Position numbers and translations under genes: made by a program. DNA of 64,000 nucleotides from Paraphysomonas bandaiensis (Eukaryota > Protista > Chrysophyceae). Every line of letters begins with the position of its first letter. Positions within the stretch are counted from its first letter, which is position 1. Location: assembly GCA_965644295.1 (NCBI GenBank), contig CBFFRP010000290.1, forward strand, positions 1-64,000, given 5' to 3'. The notes under the pieces were generated by a model, which worked only from the letters and a program-made list of their open reading frames with translations, had not been told where the DNA came from and did not search any database. Below are positions 21,993-34,468 of the stretch, in pieces.

Positions 21993-24900
21993 ATGTCCGA
22001 CAGTTATAATTTCTGCTTACATACAGGGTTTCCGAATCACCGTGAAATCGTTATTCCTGTGGATATTGACTGGGAACAGCTGTGCGCGAAAATATGTGAT
22101 GAATTAAGTTTGACTGGTGTCCAATATTTGGAGCTATGTGATATGAATGAAGTTATTGTCGGTGAACGTATCTCTGACATTGACGATTTTTCTTTATCGC
22201 GCCAATATGTCAGCACCAACACAATGTATAAAGTGTACGGAACTGCCGCACAGAATGAAGAGAAATCTGATGTTAACATCAGCGTGAACAAACCAGTTGC
22301 TAGCTTGACATCGCATTCATTTGGTGAAGTGATTATGACTCCGACCTATGACCCTCTCAATGATTTGGCGATGATGCAGTCTGTAACCTCTGCTAAACCA
22401 AAGGAAAGTACTTCAACCACCCCTGATACCACCACATGTCACGTGGGGACCTCTTCTGACTTACAGGCTGAACAGCTCTCCTCAGCAACCACGAGTACTG
22501 AAGTGCACAGTGACCAGACCAAATCAGCACTTTATTCATCGTGTGCTGACAATGCCACTTTGCCGTCTGCATCGCAGACAAGCATCTCTCACAGTGATGC
22601 CCCCCTGTCTGAGCCACGCGAGCAAACCACGTCCACTGACTTCGCGTCCTCTCTGCAAAATATTTTAGCTGGTCTATCTCGAATTGAAAGTTCAATTGAG
22701 TTCCCTTCTGCAGAAGCGAAAAGTATTTATTTGTCAACTTCGATGCCTGAAGTTTCTGCTGTTGACATATCATCCTCGTCGAGACCCAATATGGCCGGAT
22801 TGAAAACCTCCGCAGAATTAGAAATGGAGCGCCAGCGCGAAGAAGAAGAAAGGAAGAGACTGCAAGCAATTGAGGATGCGAAGAAGTTGAGAGAGTTGCT
22901 TGACTTAGAGCGCAAAGCTGCCCAGCAACGCTTAACCCCAGCTGAATCTGAAGGTGGTGAGGTAGATTCTGGCGCTGCTGACGAAAAGCGCAAGAGAACC
23001 GAAGCAATAGCTCGCGAACGACTCGCTGCCAAGGAGGCCAGACGACAGGCACGGATCCATGAGTATGAGGAGGCACATAGTATGGACACGTCTCAAAGCA
23101 GTCTAGCTGGTCGCGAGCATCGATCACATGGTGGAGACGATGATGATGAGGACGATGAAAAGGAATGGGCTAGGTCCGAGGAGGACAAGGCTAGACTTCG
23201 TGCCCAAGAAGTAGAGAGAAAGAAACGTGTTGGTACGATAGCTTCTCGACGGCGAGCTAGTGATGGACTGCAAGGAGGTAGTTCTCTTGGTCATTCCTCC
23301 TCGCATCTCAGCTCGGATAGACTCCAGGCAATGGGTGGTGTGAAACTACCGGCCATGACTATGCACCACCCAGTTGAAATTTTATTTCGGTCAAGTAATG
23401 ATCCAAGTGATGTTATTCCTATAACTGTTGAGGACCAGTGCGATTGGATAGAGCTTACTACAGTTGTCGGTGTTTTTCTAGGCATTGATGACCCAGAGAG
23501 TATATCTCACTTTATTTTAGTTGACGAAGACGGAGATGAGACAAGTGGGTGCATTTCTGATGACACTAAGTTCTGGAAATTTTATTCGCGTAGATATTTA
23601 TCAGGAGAAGATATGTCATATGTCGTTTATCATTCCCAGAGTGATAGTTCTCAGCGTATGAGCACACACTCGAATATTCAGGGTACTAAACAACAATACC
23701 CCAAGAAAGAAAATTACGGCAGCTCACAAATGAATTTCGCGAAAGATCGCAATGTTGCTAAAGAAATGCGGAAAGAAGCTCTCGCAGCGGATGCTGCATC
23801 GGCGTGGTCTGCGAAACGAAGTAATAGTGGACAAGCAGAACCTCTGTATTTCCGTTGGTCCACGGATTATGTTGATGAAAGGACGGAAGTTCTTGTTCCT
23901 AGTAGCTGTTCATGGGAGGATATCAGCATTCTTTTGTCAAAATCATTGGCGTCGCCACGTGAGCATACTGCAGGCAGAAATCTTGAACGCATCTCATTGT
24001 TCGATGATGATGGTGATGAAGTTGCAGGTCCGATCGACACGATCGACAAGTTTTGGACAATTGTTCGAGGAAGGTACTCGCACTCCAGCACTGTCTTCGT
24101 GGCCACGCTAGAAAGTGAAGGAGAGCAGAAACAAACTTCACATTCATACAGCGAAGACCTCAGTAAGAAAGGAAGTATCAGCATCAAATGTCGACTCAAC
24201 GACCGAAATAGTGAGTTGGTAAGAGTTACGATACCTGATGATGGTTCATGGGACCAAATATCTCTTGCAATAGTTCGTAACTTTAAGTTGAGTGGATATT
24301 GTGTTGAGAGTATATCTCTTGTGGATGATGATGGCGATGATGTCTTGGGTTGTATTATGAACGAAAAGAAATTTTGGAAGGCAGTTCACAATCGTTACGA
24401 CGAAGACACGATGTATTTTATGATTTCCTTAGCCAGTTCTCCTATTGTCGATTACAAAGTTGTATTTTGTCGCCTGTCGACGCAAGATGCAAGTACAAAA
24501 GTTGAAGTGAAAATCCGGACTGATGGTTCATGGGAAGACATTGAGCGTGCGTTGCTAGATTCCTTTCGACTGTCGGGTATGTGCGTAGAGCGAATTGATC
24601 TAATTGATGATGATGGCGATGATGTGTTTGGTTCTATTACGAATGAAAAGAAATTCTGGAAAGCCGTGAAGAGTAGATACAACGAAGAGGATATGACATT
24701 TGTGATTAAAACGATTAAAAAAGCAGGGGCAGCAGACCAGGCAAGTGTCACAACGAAAGCGGAACCTGTTATTCCAACAACTCCACTGAATTTTCGCCTA
24801 TCGTCTGATAATACTGGTGGAAAGGTAGTTATAGATGTTCCGATTAATGGGACGTGGGATGAGGTTGGCGCATCCGTTGTGAATGGTTTAAATTTGCCCT

Positions 24901-27900
24901 CTGGTAGTAGTATCAACCACATCGATCTCATTGATGACGATGGTGATGAGGTTTTCAGTTGTATCGTTGCGGAACAGAAGTTTTGGAAAGCTGTGAAGAG
25001 CCGGTATGTCGCTGAAGAAATGGTTTTTGTTGTCGATGCAAACCTCAAAACACTGAGTGTCTGTGCTGTTGATATCAATGTTGTTTCAATTTTTTTCAGA
25101 CTTCATAAAGCCGCGACTGTAGATAAGCAGCTGGTAGATGTCCCAGTTGATGGTTCATGGGAAGACATTGAGCGTGCGTTGCTAGATTCCTTTCGACTGT
25201 CGGGTATGTGCGTAGAGCGAATTGATCTAATTGATGATGATGGCGATGATGTGTTTGGTTCTATTACGAATGAAAAGAAATTCTGGAAAGCCGTGAAGAG
25301 TAGATACAACGAAGAGGATATGACATTTGTGATTAAAACGATTAAAAAAGCAGGGGCAGCAGACCAGGCAAGTGTCACAACGAAAGCGGAACCTGTTATT
25401 CCAACAACTCCACTGAATTTTCGCCTATCGTCTGATAATACTGGTGGAAAGGTAGTTATAGATGTTCCGATTAATGGGACGTGGGATGAGGTTGGCGCAT
25501 CCGTTGTGAATGGTTTAAATTTGCCCTCTGGTAGTAGTATCAACCACATCGATCTCATTGATGACGATGGTGATGAGGTTTTCAGTTGTATCGTTGCGGA
25601 ACAGAAGTTTTGGAAAGCTGTGAAGAGCCGGTATGTCGCTGAAGAAATGGTTTTTGTTGCCGATGTCGCTGTGCGTTATGATTCTGGTGGTTATCCTGTG
25701 GAGATAATCCAACAAGAAACAGTGCCATTTTATTTTCGGTTATCAACTGATAACATGGATGATAAAGCAGTAATCAATATTCCTTTAGATAGTTCCTGGG
25801 AGGATATTGTTTTGATATTGGTAGAGTTTTTTGAGATTGATGCGAGAAGAACTGTGAGGCACATTGACCTCGTGGATGACGACGGTGATGAAGTTTTCAG
25901 CACTATACAGAGCCATAAAAAGTTTTGGAAGGCTGCCAACTCACGGTATAACAATGACGAAATGGTATTTGTAGTGACTGTAGGAAATAGTGAGGCTTCT
26001 CATGCATCGATTCCATCCGTTCCTACACTGACTGTGTCATGTTGTCTCTCGTCCGACATGGATGTTATATCTGAACTAGATATTCCTTTGAATGGCCTAT
26101 GGGTTGATATATGCGACACCATAGCCGCTTATTATAATTTAGCCTCCGGAGACAATGTCAAATATATCCAACTCATTGATTCCGACGGCGACGACGTTTT
26201 CAGTAAAATTGTGGATGCAAAGAAATTCTGGAAAGCAGCAAAAGGAAGTTATGTTGTTGGGGAGACAACTTTTGTGATTCATTGTGATTTTACGTATTCA
26301 TCTGGCTACACCACTGTTGCTGATGTACCATCCCCGAGCTCATCTTTTTCTAATGGCTCACATACAACTCCTCTATATGCTCCACCCTCTAATGGACCAT
26401 CTGTCAACACTGATGGTATATACAAAGCACCGAGCATATACAAGAAGCCAGCGACCTCAGATAATAGCGAGTCGTTATCGATTTATAAGAGCTCAACGAA
26501 GTCTACGGCCCAAGCAAGCAGTGATAGTCAACCCCATGCTGTGCTGCACACATACACTCCGCCCGCACCTGGCAGTAAATACGACGGAGTTGTAGTTGCA
26601 GTGGCCTTTAAGATGTCGTCAGATTTCATGAACAGTAAAATCGTTACCAGCGTACCTGCAATGGGAACTTGGGGCCAAATAAATGACATTATTCGTGACA
26701 CGTTTAATCTTCCCCGCGAAAGCACTATTGATCACTTGGAATTGTTAAGTGATGAAGGCGAAGTTTTACTCGGAAATATTGTTAGTGCGTCAAAATTCTG
26801 GAAAGCCTGTTTGGAGATTTACAAGGATGATGGCTCTACTGTGTTCAATATTATACAAAGTGGTGCCTCTACCCATGATGCTGGAGGTAATTTGGCGTCA
26901 AGGGGAATGAGCTCACAGTCTCTCAATACTTCTAGCCACAGTGGCGGTTTAGGGAATTCTGGACATGCTAAGTATGGATCTACCCCACCTAGCACGATTA
27001 CAACGTTTTTGGCAGCATGCGGAGATGGCGATGTCGAAGCAGTCAGTGATATGCTTCAGCATGGCGCTGACGTGAATATGAAAGATGACGTTAATCTTAC
27101 TGGTATTCATGTCGCATGCATTCGTGGAGCTATAAAGATTGTACAGTTGCTGGTGGATAAAGAGGCGTCAATAACTTGCAGAGATATCGATGGGAATACA
27201 CCATTGCACTTTGCTTGTGAGAATAACCACACTCAAATTGCAATATACTTAGTTCGAATGGGTGCAGACACTTCATTACGGAATAGAGCTGGTCTCACGT
27301 CTTTGCATTACATATGTATGAACGGAAATATGAAGCTAACTCTCCTGATAAGAGATTACATGATCAATGTAGCAACGAGCACTGGTTTAACACTTCTACA
27401 TTGTGCTGCAGACATGGGACACAGTGAAATGGTTGAGTATTTGATTGATCATGATGCACAGATACAGCCACGAGATGACGAAGGCCTTACACCACTCCAT
27501 TTGGCAGTTATAGGTGGTCACATCGACTGTGCAGAAATCCTAATTGACAGTGGAGCTTATTGGAATGTCCGTGACGATCAAGGTCTTTCACCTCTTCTTC
27601 ACGCATGCAAGGATGGAAACAGTGAAATGGTTTCATTTCTACTTGATTGTGGATGTAATATCCTTGCACGAAGTGATTCAGGAGATAGTGCTATGCACTT
27701 TGCTGGTGAGTCAGGGTCTATGGATTTGATGAAACTCCTTCTGGAAAGAAATGTCGACATTAACTGCAGAAACAAAAATGGTGAAACTCCACTTGAAATT
27801 GCTAGTGCCAATGGACACGATCATCTAGTGGGGTGGATGGAAGACCGAGGTGCCACAATGCGCCCAGAAACCCAAGAAGAAGCTACGACTAGAATGCAGG

Positions 27901-28001
27901 TTGACGCGAAAACGGAAGCCGCATCTAGGGCATTCGAAGCTGAAGAGGAGCTAAATTTACAGAGAGAATTAGCAGAAGAAAATGCACAAAAGAAGAAATA
28001 A
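21993..28001 (+). CDS. About 2000-aa intronless protein with about 11 tandem PB1-like (ubiquitin-fold) repeats and 9 C-terminal ankyrin repeats
   Basis: Repeated motif FRL...W.DI...I.L.DDDGD(D/E)V...KFWK...Y...F.V; C-terminal TPLH-type ankyrin repeats. Confidence 0.85.
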   Translation: MSDSYNFCLHTGFPNHREIVIPVDIDWEQLCAKICDELSLTGVQYLELCDMNEVIVGERISDIDDFSLSRQYVSTNTMYKVYGTAAQNEEKSDVNISVNKPVASLTSHSFGEVIMTPTYDPLNDLAMMQSVTSAKPKESTSTTPDTTTCHVGTSSDLQAEQLSSATTSTEVHSDQTKSALYSSCADNATLPSASQTSISHSDAPLSEPREQTTSTDFASSLQNILAGLSRIESSIEFPSAEAKSIYLSTSMPEVSAVDISSSSRPNMAGLKTSAELEMERQREEEERKRLQAIEDAKKLRELLDLERKAAQQRLTPAESEGGEVDSGAADEKRKRTEAIARERLAAKEARRQARIHEYEEAHSMDTSQSSLAGREHRSHGGDDDDEDDEKEWARSEEDKARLRAQEVERKKRVGTIASRRRASDGLQGGSSLGHSSSHLSSDRLQAMGGVKLPAMTMHHPVEILFRSSNDPSDVIPITVEDQCDWIELTTVVGVFLGIDDPESISHFILVDEDGDETSGCISDDTKFWKFYSRRYLSGEDMSYVVYHSQSDSSQRMSTHSNIQGTKQQYPKKENYGSSQMNFAKDRNVAKEMRKEALAADAASAWSAKRSNSGQAEPLYFRWSTDYVDERTEVLVPSSCSWEDISILLSKSLASPREHTAGRNLERISLFDDDGDEVAGPIDTIDKFWTIVRGRYSHSSTVFVATLESEGEQKQTSHSYSEDLSKKGSISIKCRLNDRNSELVRVTIPDDGSWDQISLAIVRNFKLSGYCVESISLVDDDGDDVLGCIMNEKKFWKAVHNRYDEDTMYFMISLASSPIVDYKVVFCRLSTQDASTKVEVKIRTDGSWEDIERALLDSFRLSGMCVERIDLIDDDGDDVFGSITNEKKFWKAVKSRYNEEDMTFVIKTIKKAGAADQASVTTKAEPVIPTTPLNFRLSSDNTGGKVVIDVPINGTWDEVGASVVNGLNLPSGSSINHIDLIDDDGDEVFSCIVAEQKFWKAVKSRYVAEEMVFVVDANLKTLSVCAVDINVVSIFFRLHKAATVDKQLVDVPVDGSWEDIERALLDSFRLSGMCVERIDLIDDDGDDVFGSITNEKKFWKAVKSRYNEEDMTFVIKTIKKAGAADQASVTTKAEPVIPTTPLNFRLSSDNTGGKVVIDVPINGTWDEVGASVVNGLNLPSGSSINHIDLIDDDGDEVFSCIVAEQKFWKAVKSRYVAEEMVFVADVAVRYDSGGYPVEIIQQETVPFYFRLSTDNMDDKAVINIPLDSSWEDIVLILVEFFEIDARRTVRHIDLVDDDGDEVFSTIQSHKKFWKAANSRYNNDEMVFVVTVGNSEASHASIPSVPTLTVSCCLSSDMDVISELDIPLNGLWVDICDTIAAYYNLASGDNVKYIQLIDSDGDDVFSKIVDAKKFWKAAKGSYVVGETTFVIHCDFTYSSGYTTVADVPSPSSSFSNGSHTTPLYAPPSNGPSVNTDGIYKAPSIYKKPATSDNSESLSIYKSSTKSTAQASSDSQPHAVLHTYTPPAPGSKYDGVVVAVAFKMSSDFMNSKIVTSVPAMGTWGQINDIIRDTFNLPRESTIDHLELLSDEGEVLLGNIVSASKFWKACLEIYKDDGSTVFNIIQSGASTHDAGGNLASRGMSSQSLNTSSHSGGLGNSGHAKYGSTPPSTITTFLAACGDGDVEAVSDMLQHGADVNMKDDVNLTGIHVACIRGAIKIVQLLVDKEASITCRDIDGNTPLHFACENNHTQIAIYLVRMGADTSLRNRAGLTSLHYICMNGNMKLTLLIRDYMINVATSTGLTLLHCAADMGHSEMVEYLIDHDAQIQPRDDEGLTPLHLAVIGGHIDCAEILIDSGAYWNVRDDQGLSPLLHACKDGNSEMVSFLLDCGCNILARSDSGDSAMHFAGESGSMDLMKLLLERNVDINCRNKNGETPLEIASANGHDHLVGWMEDRGATMRPETQEEATTRMQVDAKTEAASRAFEAEEELNLQRELAEENAQKKK

Positions 28002-28379
28002 AATATTGCTGAATGCATAGAAGTCATCAATGGAGTCTGTTATATGGTTTGATAATTTTTTTGCAGTACAGCTCTTTGATTTAGAGGCCACATCCCACCT
28101 TCGTGTTGTTTCAATCGCAAAAGTAGCTAGCTTGTGCACAACAAGTACAAACGATATTGTATAACATATCATGATATAACATAATATAATGGTTATAATC
28201 ATCATTGGGTACTACTAATAATCTGTCCTACTGCATAGGAAATAAATCCTCGCGTTTATGTTCAATCTTAGTTTTATTGATGTCCGATGTATACCAATTT
28301 TAGTTGACCTGATAGACTCTCACTTGAAATACTCTATGTACCACATATTAAGATTCTGATTTTGCAGTGTAGGCGGTGG

Positions 28380-29210
28380 TACGGACATGAGTAAAATCGG
28401 AGAGTAGGCTTTTCGATGCTATGATTGATATAGTACAACCCGAATCTATGAATGCGCCTCTGAGACTTGTCTATGAATACATGAATACGTGAAATTTGCA
28501 GCCCCAAATTCTGGCGAAAGATTAATCAGGAGCCTCACCGTGAATGAACTGATACGGTATACGGTGACATCGGTGACATGAATTCCTTTTTCATACATGT
28601 GTGCATGTGTGACCATGGACATGGCCTGTTCCCAGAAGTTGGGTGGCAAGCCTGAGTTGCAAATGGTTGCAAGCGTTCTTTCCTTGATCGTGCGCCATGG
28701 TCGCTCTTGGATTGGATTGTCTTCAGGGGTGTATCATGGGGGCGTTGAAAGTCCAAGTTGGTCCTAAGTTTAGTACACGATGTGATACTGAATCAGCATG
28801 ATAATGTACTAGTCGTTTGTCTTTTGATCGCAGGTATTCCACAACTTTCTGAACACACTCAGCGACAAAAGCCTCGGTACTGTGGTTTCCGTAGAATGTC
28901 CAAGTGTGTCTGGAAGCTGCATCAGTGGCTCCGAAGACTACTGTGTTTCCTGTGATTATCACTGGAGGTGAAAAGGTCCAGTAAAGGCGATGGCTATAAG
29001 TCCTCCAAGCTCCTGCGATCTTCTGGTTTTTGTCGGTATCATCTGCTTGATTTAGCGCATATGTTTTCTCCTGTGAGCCTTGCCCTCACAAAGGCCTTTT
29101 GGTAAATTGGGTGCTATGTAATCTTCTGTCAGGTGAACGCCGCTTATCAAATTTAGTTTTAGCGCCTTTTGAAATGATTGGTGTCCACACACAGTCATAT
29201 AGGAGGGTAC
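28380..29210 (-). pseudogene. Degenerate Copia integrase-region remnant
   Basis: Broken frames: GH..FQKALKLNLISGVHL...LCEGKAHR (pre-integrase), ATDAASRHTWTFY...VHYHADS, LPPNFWEQAM. Boundaries are approximate. Confidence 0.7.
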
Positions 29211-31088
29211 TCAATGGGATACAGGGAGGATTCTAAATAGGCAACTGTCGGATGAAAGCTATGCTAAGTTATGCTAGTTATAGCTAGCCAGATGCTCTAG
29301 ATAGATTCATATAAACACCTACTATATAAAATGCTATCTTGAAATATATGGGTCTTGCTTTTATTCTAATTATCTTAATAATTTGGTGCCTAACTATAAT
29401 ATGAGTGTCAATAACTTTACTTTTGAGGCGAAAGCGGACAATAAAAGGCCAAGATATTGCCTCCAGGACCAACTGGTTAGGCTGCTGTCACTCATTGACA
29501 AGTACTGTGGTCTCTGTTGTCACGGACCTAGAGCAAAGGCACGATTGAAGTAATCCTGCAAGTAACTAGTTCTCCCTCGCCTTGAGAGCTCCATACCCTC
29601 CACAGTTCTTTTTTCATGTGGTTGCCACAATGGCTCTACTGAAATAGGAGTGATATATATTACGTCCGTATTAAACGTATATATAGTCAAAATCTACACA
29701 AAACCGTTACCTCCGATGATGACATCAACTCACAACAAAACGCTTTTGGAGGGCTGCCAAATAGTAGATAGACAGATATCTAATGACAGATCTCTTTTGC
29801 AGTCATAGCAGCTGTGTGTGTGCGCTGCTCTGTACTGATGTGAACAGAGAAATTGTAATACGTAGTCAAATAAAATATATAGCTATAACTGTGCAACTGA
29901 AGTATTATATACCATGATAGAGAATCAATACTTGAAGCTTGCAAGTGACGCACTAGCAGCTTTCGTAGCGTTAAATAGTAAGATATCATAGTTCAGCGTT
30001 GACTCTTCAATATTGAGTTTTGCTGTTCGAGCAATTAAAAAGCTGTATTCTAAGATATTGGAATTATAACCGTCAGTCGAAGAACACAGTAGTTGTGAAC
30101 AGTATTATAAGAACTAACAACATGGTAGCTACTGTAGTAACGAAACTGAATATAATATATTGATCACACAACATAGTGATGATGCAAGATTGTACGATAA
30201 ATGATCGGTCGTAGAGATAACATGAAGTTGATGAATGATAAGAAATATTGATTACAATAATTTTAACAAGATTAATGAGTGAATACAGGTTCAGTTAACG
30301 TATAGTAAATCATCCAATAGTGCCATAACTTAATATTCAATGCCAGTCACTACTACTGTGGTTTTGGTGGGCTATAGGCCAGGTCTACAGGCTACATAGC
30401 CCCATATTAGGATTCAGCTTAATACAAGCTTAGATTGTATCTGTGAGTTATAATGTTCAATGAAATATATCATGAACTGAATTAGAGAGAGTGTCTGTCG
30501 AAGATACATGATCGTCATCATAACGTCGTCATTATCAGTTACACTTCTAACTATTCCGTTGTGCATGATAGTTATGTTCTATATTGTTATTCATAATTCT
30601 TACTCTATCGTGTTCATTACTTAGCTACATTCTAATAATCACAACATTGTTTTACTATTATAAAGTTCAATTTATTTATTCCCCACATCACCTGTTTCTA
30701 TGACTTTATGTGTATTTCTCGATGACTTTTTTACGTGTGAATTTATCATTGGCTATATTTCATGTATTGCTGCTTCCAGTTCCTTTATGAGATAGGGTGC
30801 TGAAACCTGAAACTACTATATGTTTCCGTCAACTGTCAAGTACAACGTACAAAACACCATCATGCTTGAACATAATATCTTAGATAAAGTCAACTGACGC
30901 CAGTACCAAACCCAATGCCGTATTTACGTAACAATTACCATGCGCTTTGCACAATTTGTAATTCATATCCACTCTACCAGGCGCATAGGATGCTAATAAA
31001 TTTCGATACAAGTGATTTCGTTGGAGCTACTTAAAGTGCTTTACAAACAGTAATTACCTATATATATGACTACATCTAAAATTTCATA

Positions 31089-32711
31089 TTACTCCACTAT
31101 CCAAAGCTTTGACTCTTTCAGAATGGACAAAACACGGTCGCTTGTTTTGATTGTCTCGTCCCTATTGACCACTACCACCATGGGTGGCTCAGAAGAAGAC
31201 ACCGCCTTCAAGATAGCCCCGGGACTATGGCGCAGTAGACGAGTGCCGAGAACATGACCAGGGGAATGGATATAGGAGGTAGTCCCGTATCTACATACCG
31301 GGTTAAATGTATATACAGCGGAACATATCTAACGGACCTGGCATTGTTCTCAGCGAGCCGATATGAAGCGAGAGCATCAGGGCTACTCCACTCAACCATG
31401 AGGTCTGCATGTAGCATAATCTCATGCATAAGGTGAATCGCCCTGTCTTGTCCACCTACACTCCCAATATCCAAATTACCATGGCAACGTGATAACATGA
31501 AAAAACCTACCCCTAATGAAAAAGAAATCCAATGAAGCAAAAAAAGGTGTGGCTCGAGGATCATCTCGACCTCTGAAGGCCCACTGTGTCTCTACATCTT
31601 TCCCCGCCAGTTCTACAACTTTTGCTGGATCTGCTAGCCAGACTGTTCCAGGACTCTGCCATAGCACATCCACACCTACATCAGCTGCTGCGAAAGCGAA
31701 CCAAGCTTGCACGAATCCTCTGCTTAGTTCTGGGGCTAGCTTACTACCTGCCCCTCCAGCTTTGGCTGCGTACACATTCTTAACACCAAGTGCCTTCACC
31801 TCTGCGCTGAAGGACGTGTGTCGGGAAACAGCAAAAATGCGATCTTTGTTACCTCCTGCCCGCAAGTAAGTGGCGAGGGAGTTCCTGAATAGTTGCACAT
31901 CTCCAGGATCTTCCAGAAGACAGGCTACTGCCAGCTGTTTGGACCCTTTCGACAGCATTCCCTTCATGGCACCCGTCACAGCACCAGAGTGAGTAAAATA
32001 CTCAAGCAGAAGCTCTCGTGCCGCTGCATACGAGCTTTCTGACGGGAGAACCCTGCCTTGTACAGAATTAGGAGTCAGACTAAGTGTGCCATCACTCTCC
32101 GCTTTCGCATGCAGCATGTGATAGGAAGCGACATCGTGGAAAGTTTCCGTTACAGCCACACACATACCAGGAGTATCAGGAACGATAGCGACATCTAAAA
32201 CCTTGCATTTATCGGCCACATCCTGTAAAGTAGCAACGGGTGCATGTGAAAAGATTACGACGGGCTGAGTCACAGCCATATCACCAGGATACTGAGTCAA
32301 GTATTTTTCAAAAAAAGCATCCGGCTCTACAGAGAGAACAGTTTTCCATTTAGTTTTCTGCAAATTAACACCCTGAATGCCGTGTGACACAGCAGAGGTG
32401 TTGTATTTGGCTCTAGAGCATGTCCATGCCCTCTTAAGATTATCAAAATCACCGGGAGAGTCTAGAGTCGACAGGTACTGAGCACACTCTGATTGGGACG
32501 GAGAGAGAAGCACAGGAGTTTCTTGTCTGTGACAGGGAGGGTTGAGGGTCTCCTGTGAGTGTGTGTATGAGTGTGTGGAGGTTGAGGAGGAGGATGTGCC
32601 CAGGAAATAGCCCCCCAGTCCTGTCGATAGCATCCAACCCAAGAAAAACGAGATGTCCACTACTCCGCGGAAAACTCCACCACCACGTTTCTCTTTCCTC
32701 TTTGGGGCCAT
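31089..32711 (-). CDS. Type II membrane protein, probable glycosyltransferase (nucleotide-diphospho-sugar transferase-like)
   Basis: N-terminal basic tail plus TM segment; GVDVLWQSPGTVWLADP...FFASLDFFFIR resembles the GT77-like core but lacks a canonical DxD; two introns near 31456-31509 and 31291-31337. Confidence 0.6.
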
Positions 32712-33131
32712 GAGATTGGCAGTAGAGTGATGATTAGGAAGATAGATGGACTCTACGCTACTCTACAAGCTATACTCGTATCGATCTGACTATAAGTATA
32801 CTGCTCCACGCACACATAGTATACATGTATAGATTATTATAGTGCTGTATGGGTATGACAACAAGTCAATCAGGCTCAAAAATCACCCTTTTATGAAATA
32901 TGTTTAATATCAAAAAACAGAATAAACTAGAAAGCCTTGATTTTTTTGCCTGATCGACGTATTCCACACAAAAGTCCTTGTAAACTCTGACCGCTATGTA
33001 CTTGTACATGTATATGTCTTCATGTACGCTGGTCAGTACACTGATACAGGTACTGTACTGCTGTGTGAGATACGATACACAGCAGTCAGATATGCACAGC
33101 GGTGTGGGAGATTAAGTAAGTGCGTTTTACA

Positions 33132-34468
33132 ATGTGCTGCTTCGACTGTTGCTCTTGCTGCGACCCACCAGACGAGTGGAAGATTACAGATGAAACTAGA
33201 AAGGGAGAGAGAGGAGCTGGATGGCTCTACAAGCAGGGTAAGAGTCGTGGTAATTGGTCCAAGAGATACTTCGTCCTCACTGACTACTCTCTCAAGTATT
33301 TCTCGGATGCTTCACGTACTAAGTTGAAAGGTGAAATAGTGTTGGTTGGCGCCAACTGCAAAGCTAACGATGGATTGAATAAGAAACGAAAGTATCATTT
33401 TTCTATTAATCATCCTGTATGTGGAACACGAAACTTCTACGCCATAACTAATAACCGGAAAGAACAATGGTTGAATAGGCTAACAGAGATAATTGGAGGT
33501 ATTGAAAGGAGTGGCTCTCTCTATGGATCTCTATATAAGAAAGGAGGTATTTCGAAGAATACATGGCAGGAAAGATGGTGCGTTCTTGCCGGTACAAATC
33601 TGGATTATTATGAAAATTTTGGTGACAGTTTACCGAAAGGCACAATTCGTAAGTTCGTGTACTCGGTGTGCTTTGTATAATGTGCGTATTAGCTGTACAG
33701 GGTTCTAAGGTGCGGGAGTTCTCAAGCAAGGATAAGAAATATTGCTTTGAAATAGTTGCTCAAGGAAGAAAGGGTTTGAAGAAGTACAGCTTTTTGTGCG
33801 AGACTTCTGGTACTGTATCAAAAGATTTCTTGTTTTTTGACATTAACTATACAGTGTAGGTGATCGTAAGCGCTGGATAGACCAGTTAAAGCGTGTCAGT
33901 AAAGCGGGTGCCATGGCAATCCATCTTGAGGGTGATGACGATGTCAGTAACCCTATGCAAGAGGCATCAGAGAGTGGGGGAAGCCCAGGAATGGATGACG
34001 CAGCATCCACTGCCTCTGGTGGGTCGATGGGAGACATGCAGCTGTCATATCTTCGCAAGTCTAGTAATCGCCCCCAACCCGACGGTATGGAGGGGTTTCT
34101 AATGAAGAAGAGTCCTGCACTGCTTACAGGATGGCAGAAGCGATACTTTGTCATACAGGACCCAGGAGAAATAAATTATTATATATCGGTACGTAGATGA
34201 CATAGCAGAATCATTCATTCATACTGAAATACGTTATATTTATGTACCACAGCGAGAAGACTATTTGAATGGCCACCTTCCGAAGGGTACTATTCAAATT
34301 GCAGAAGTATTGCCGGATTCGAATGGGATTGAACTCACCAATGATAAAGAGATTCGAATACATATGGGTAAAAGAACATTCCAGCTAATGGCAAAAGATA
34401 GTACAGAGGCAACATCGTGGGTTACATGTTTAACTGATTGGGTTAGCTATTTGTCATCATATGACTAG
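33132..34468 (+). CDS. Triple PH-domain protein with Cys-rich N-terminus
   Basis: Three PH signatures: GWLYKQG..NWSKRYFVL, GSLYKKG..TWQERWCVL, GFLMKK..GWQKRYFVI...WVTCL; GT-AG introns. Confidence 0.9.
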
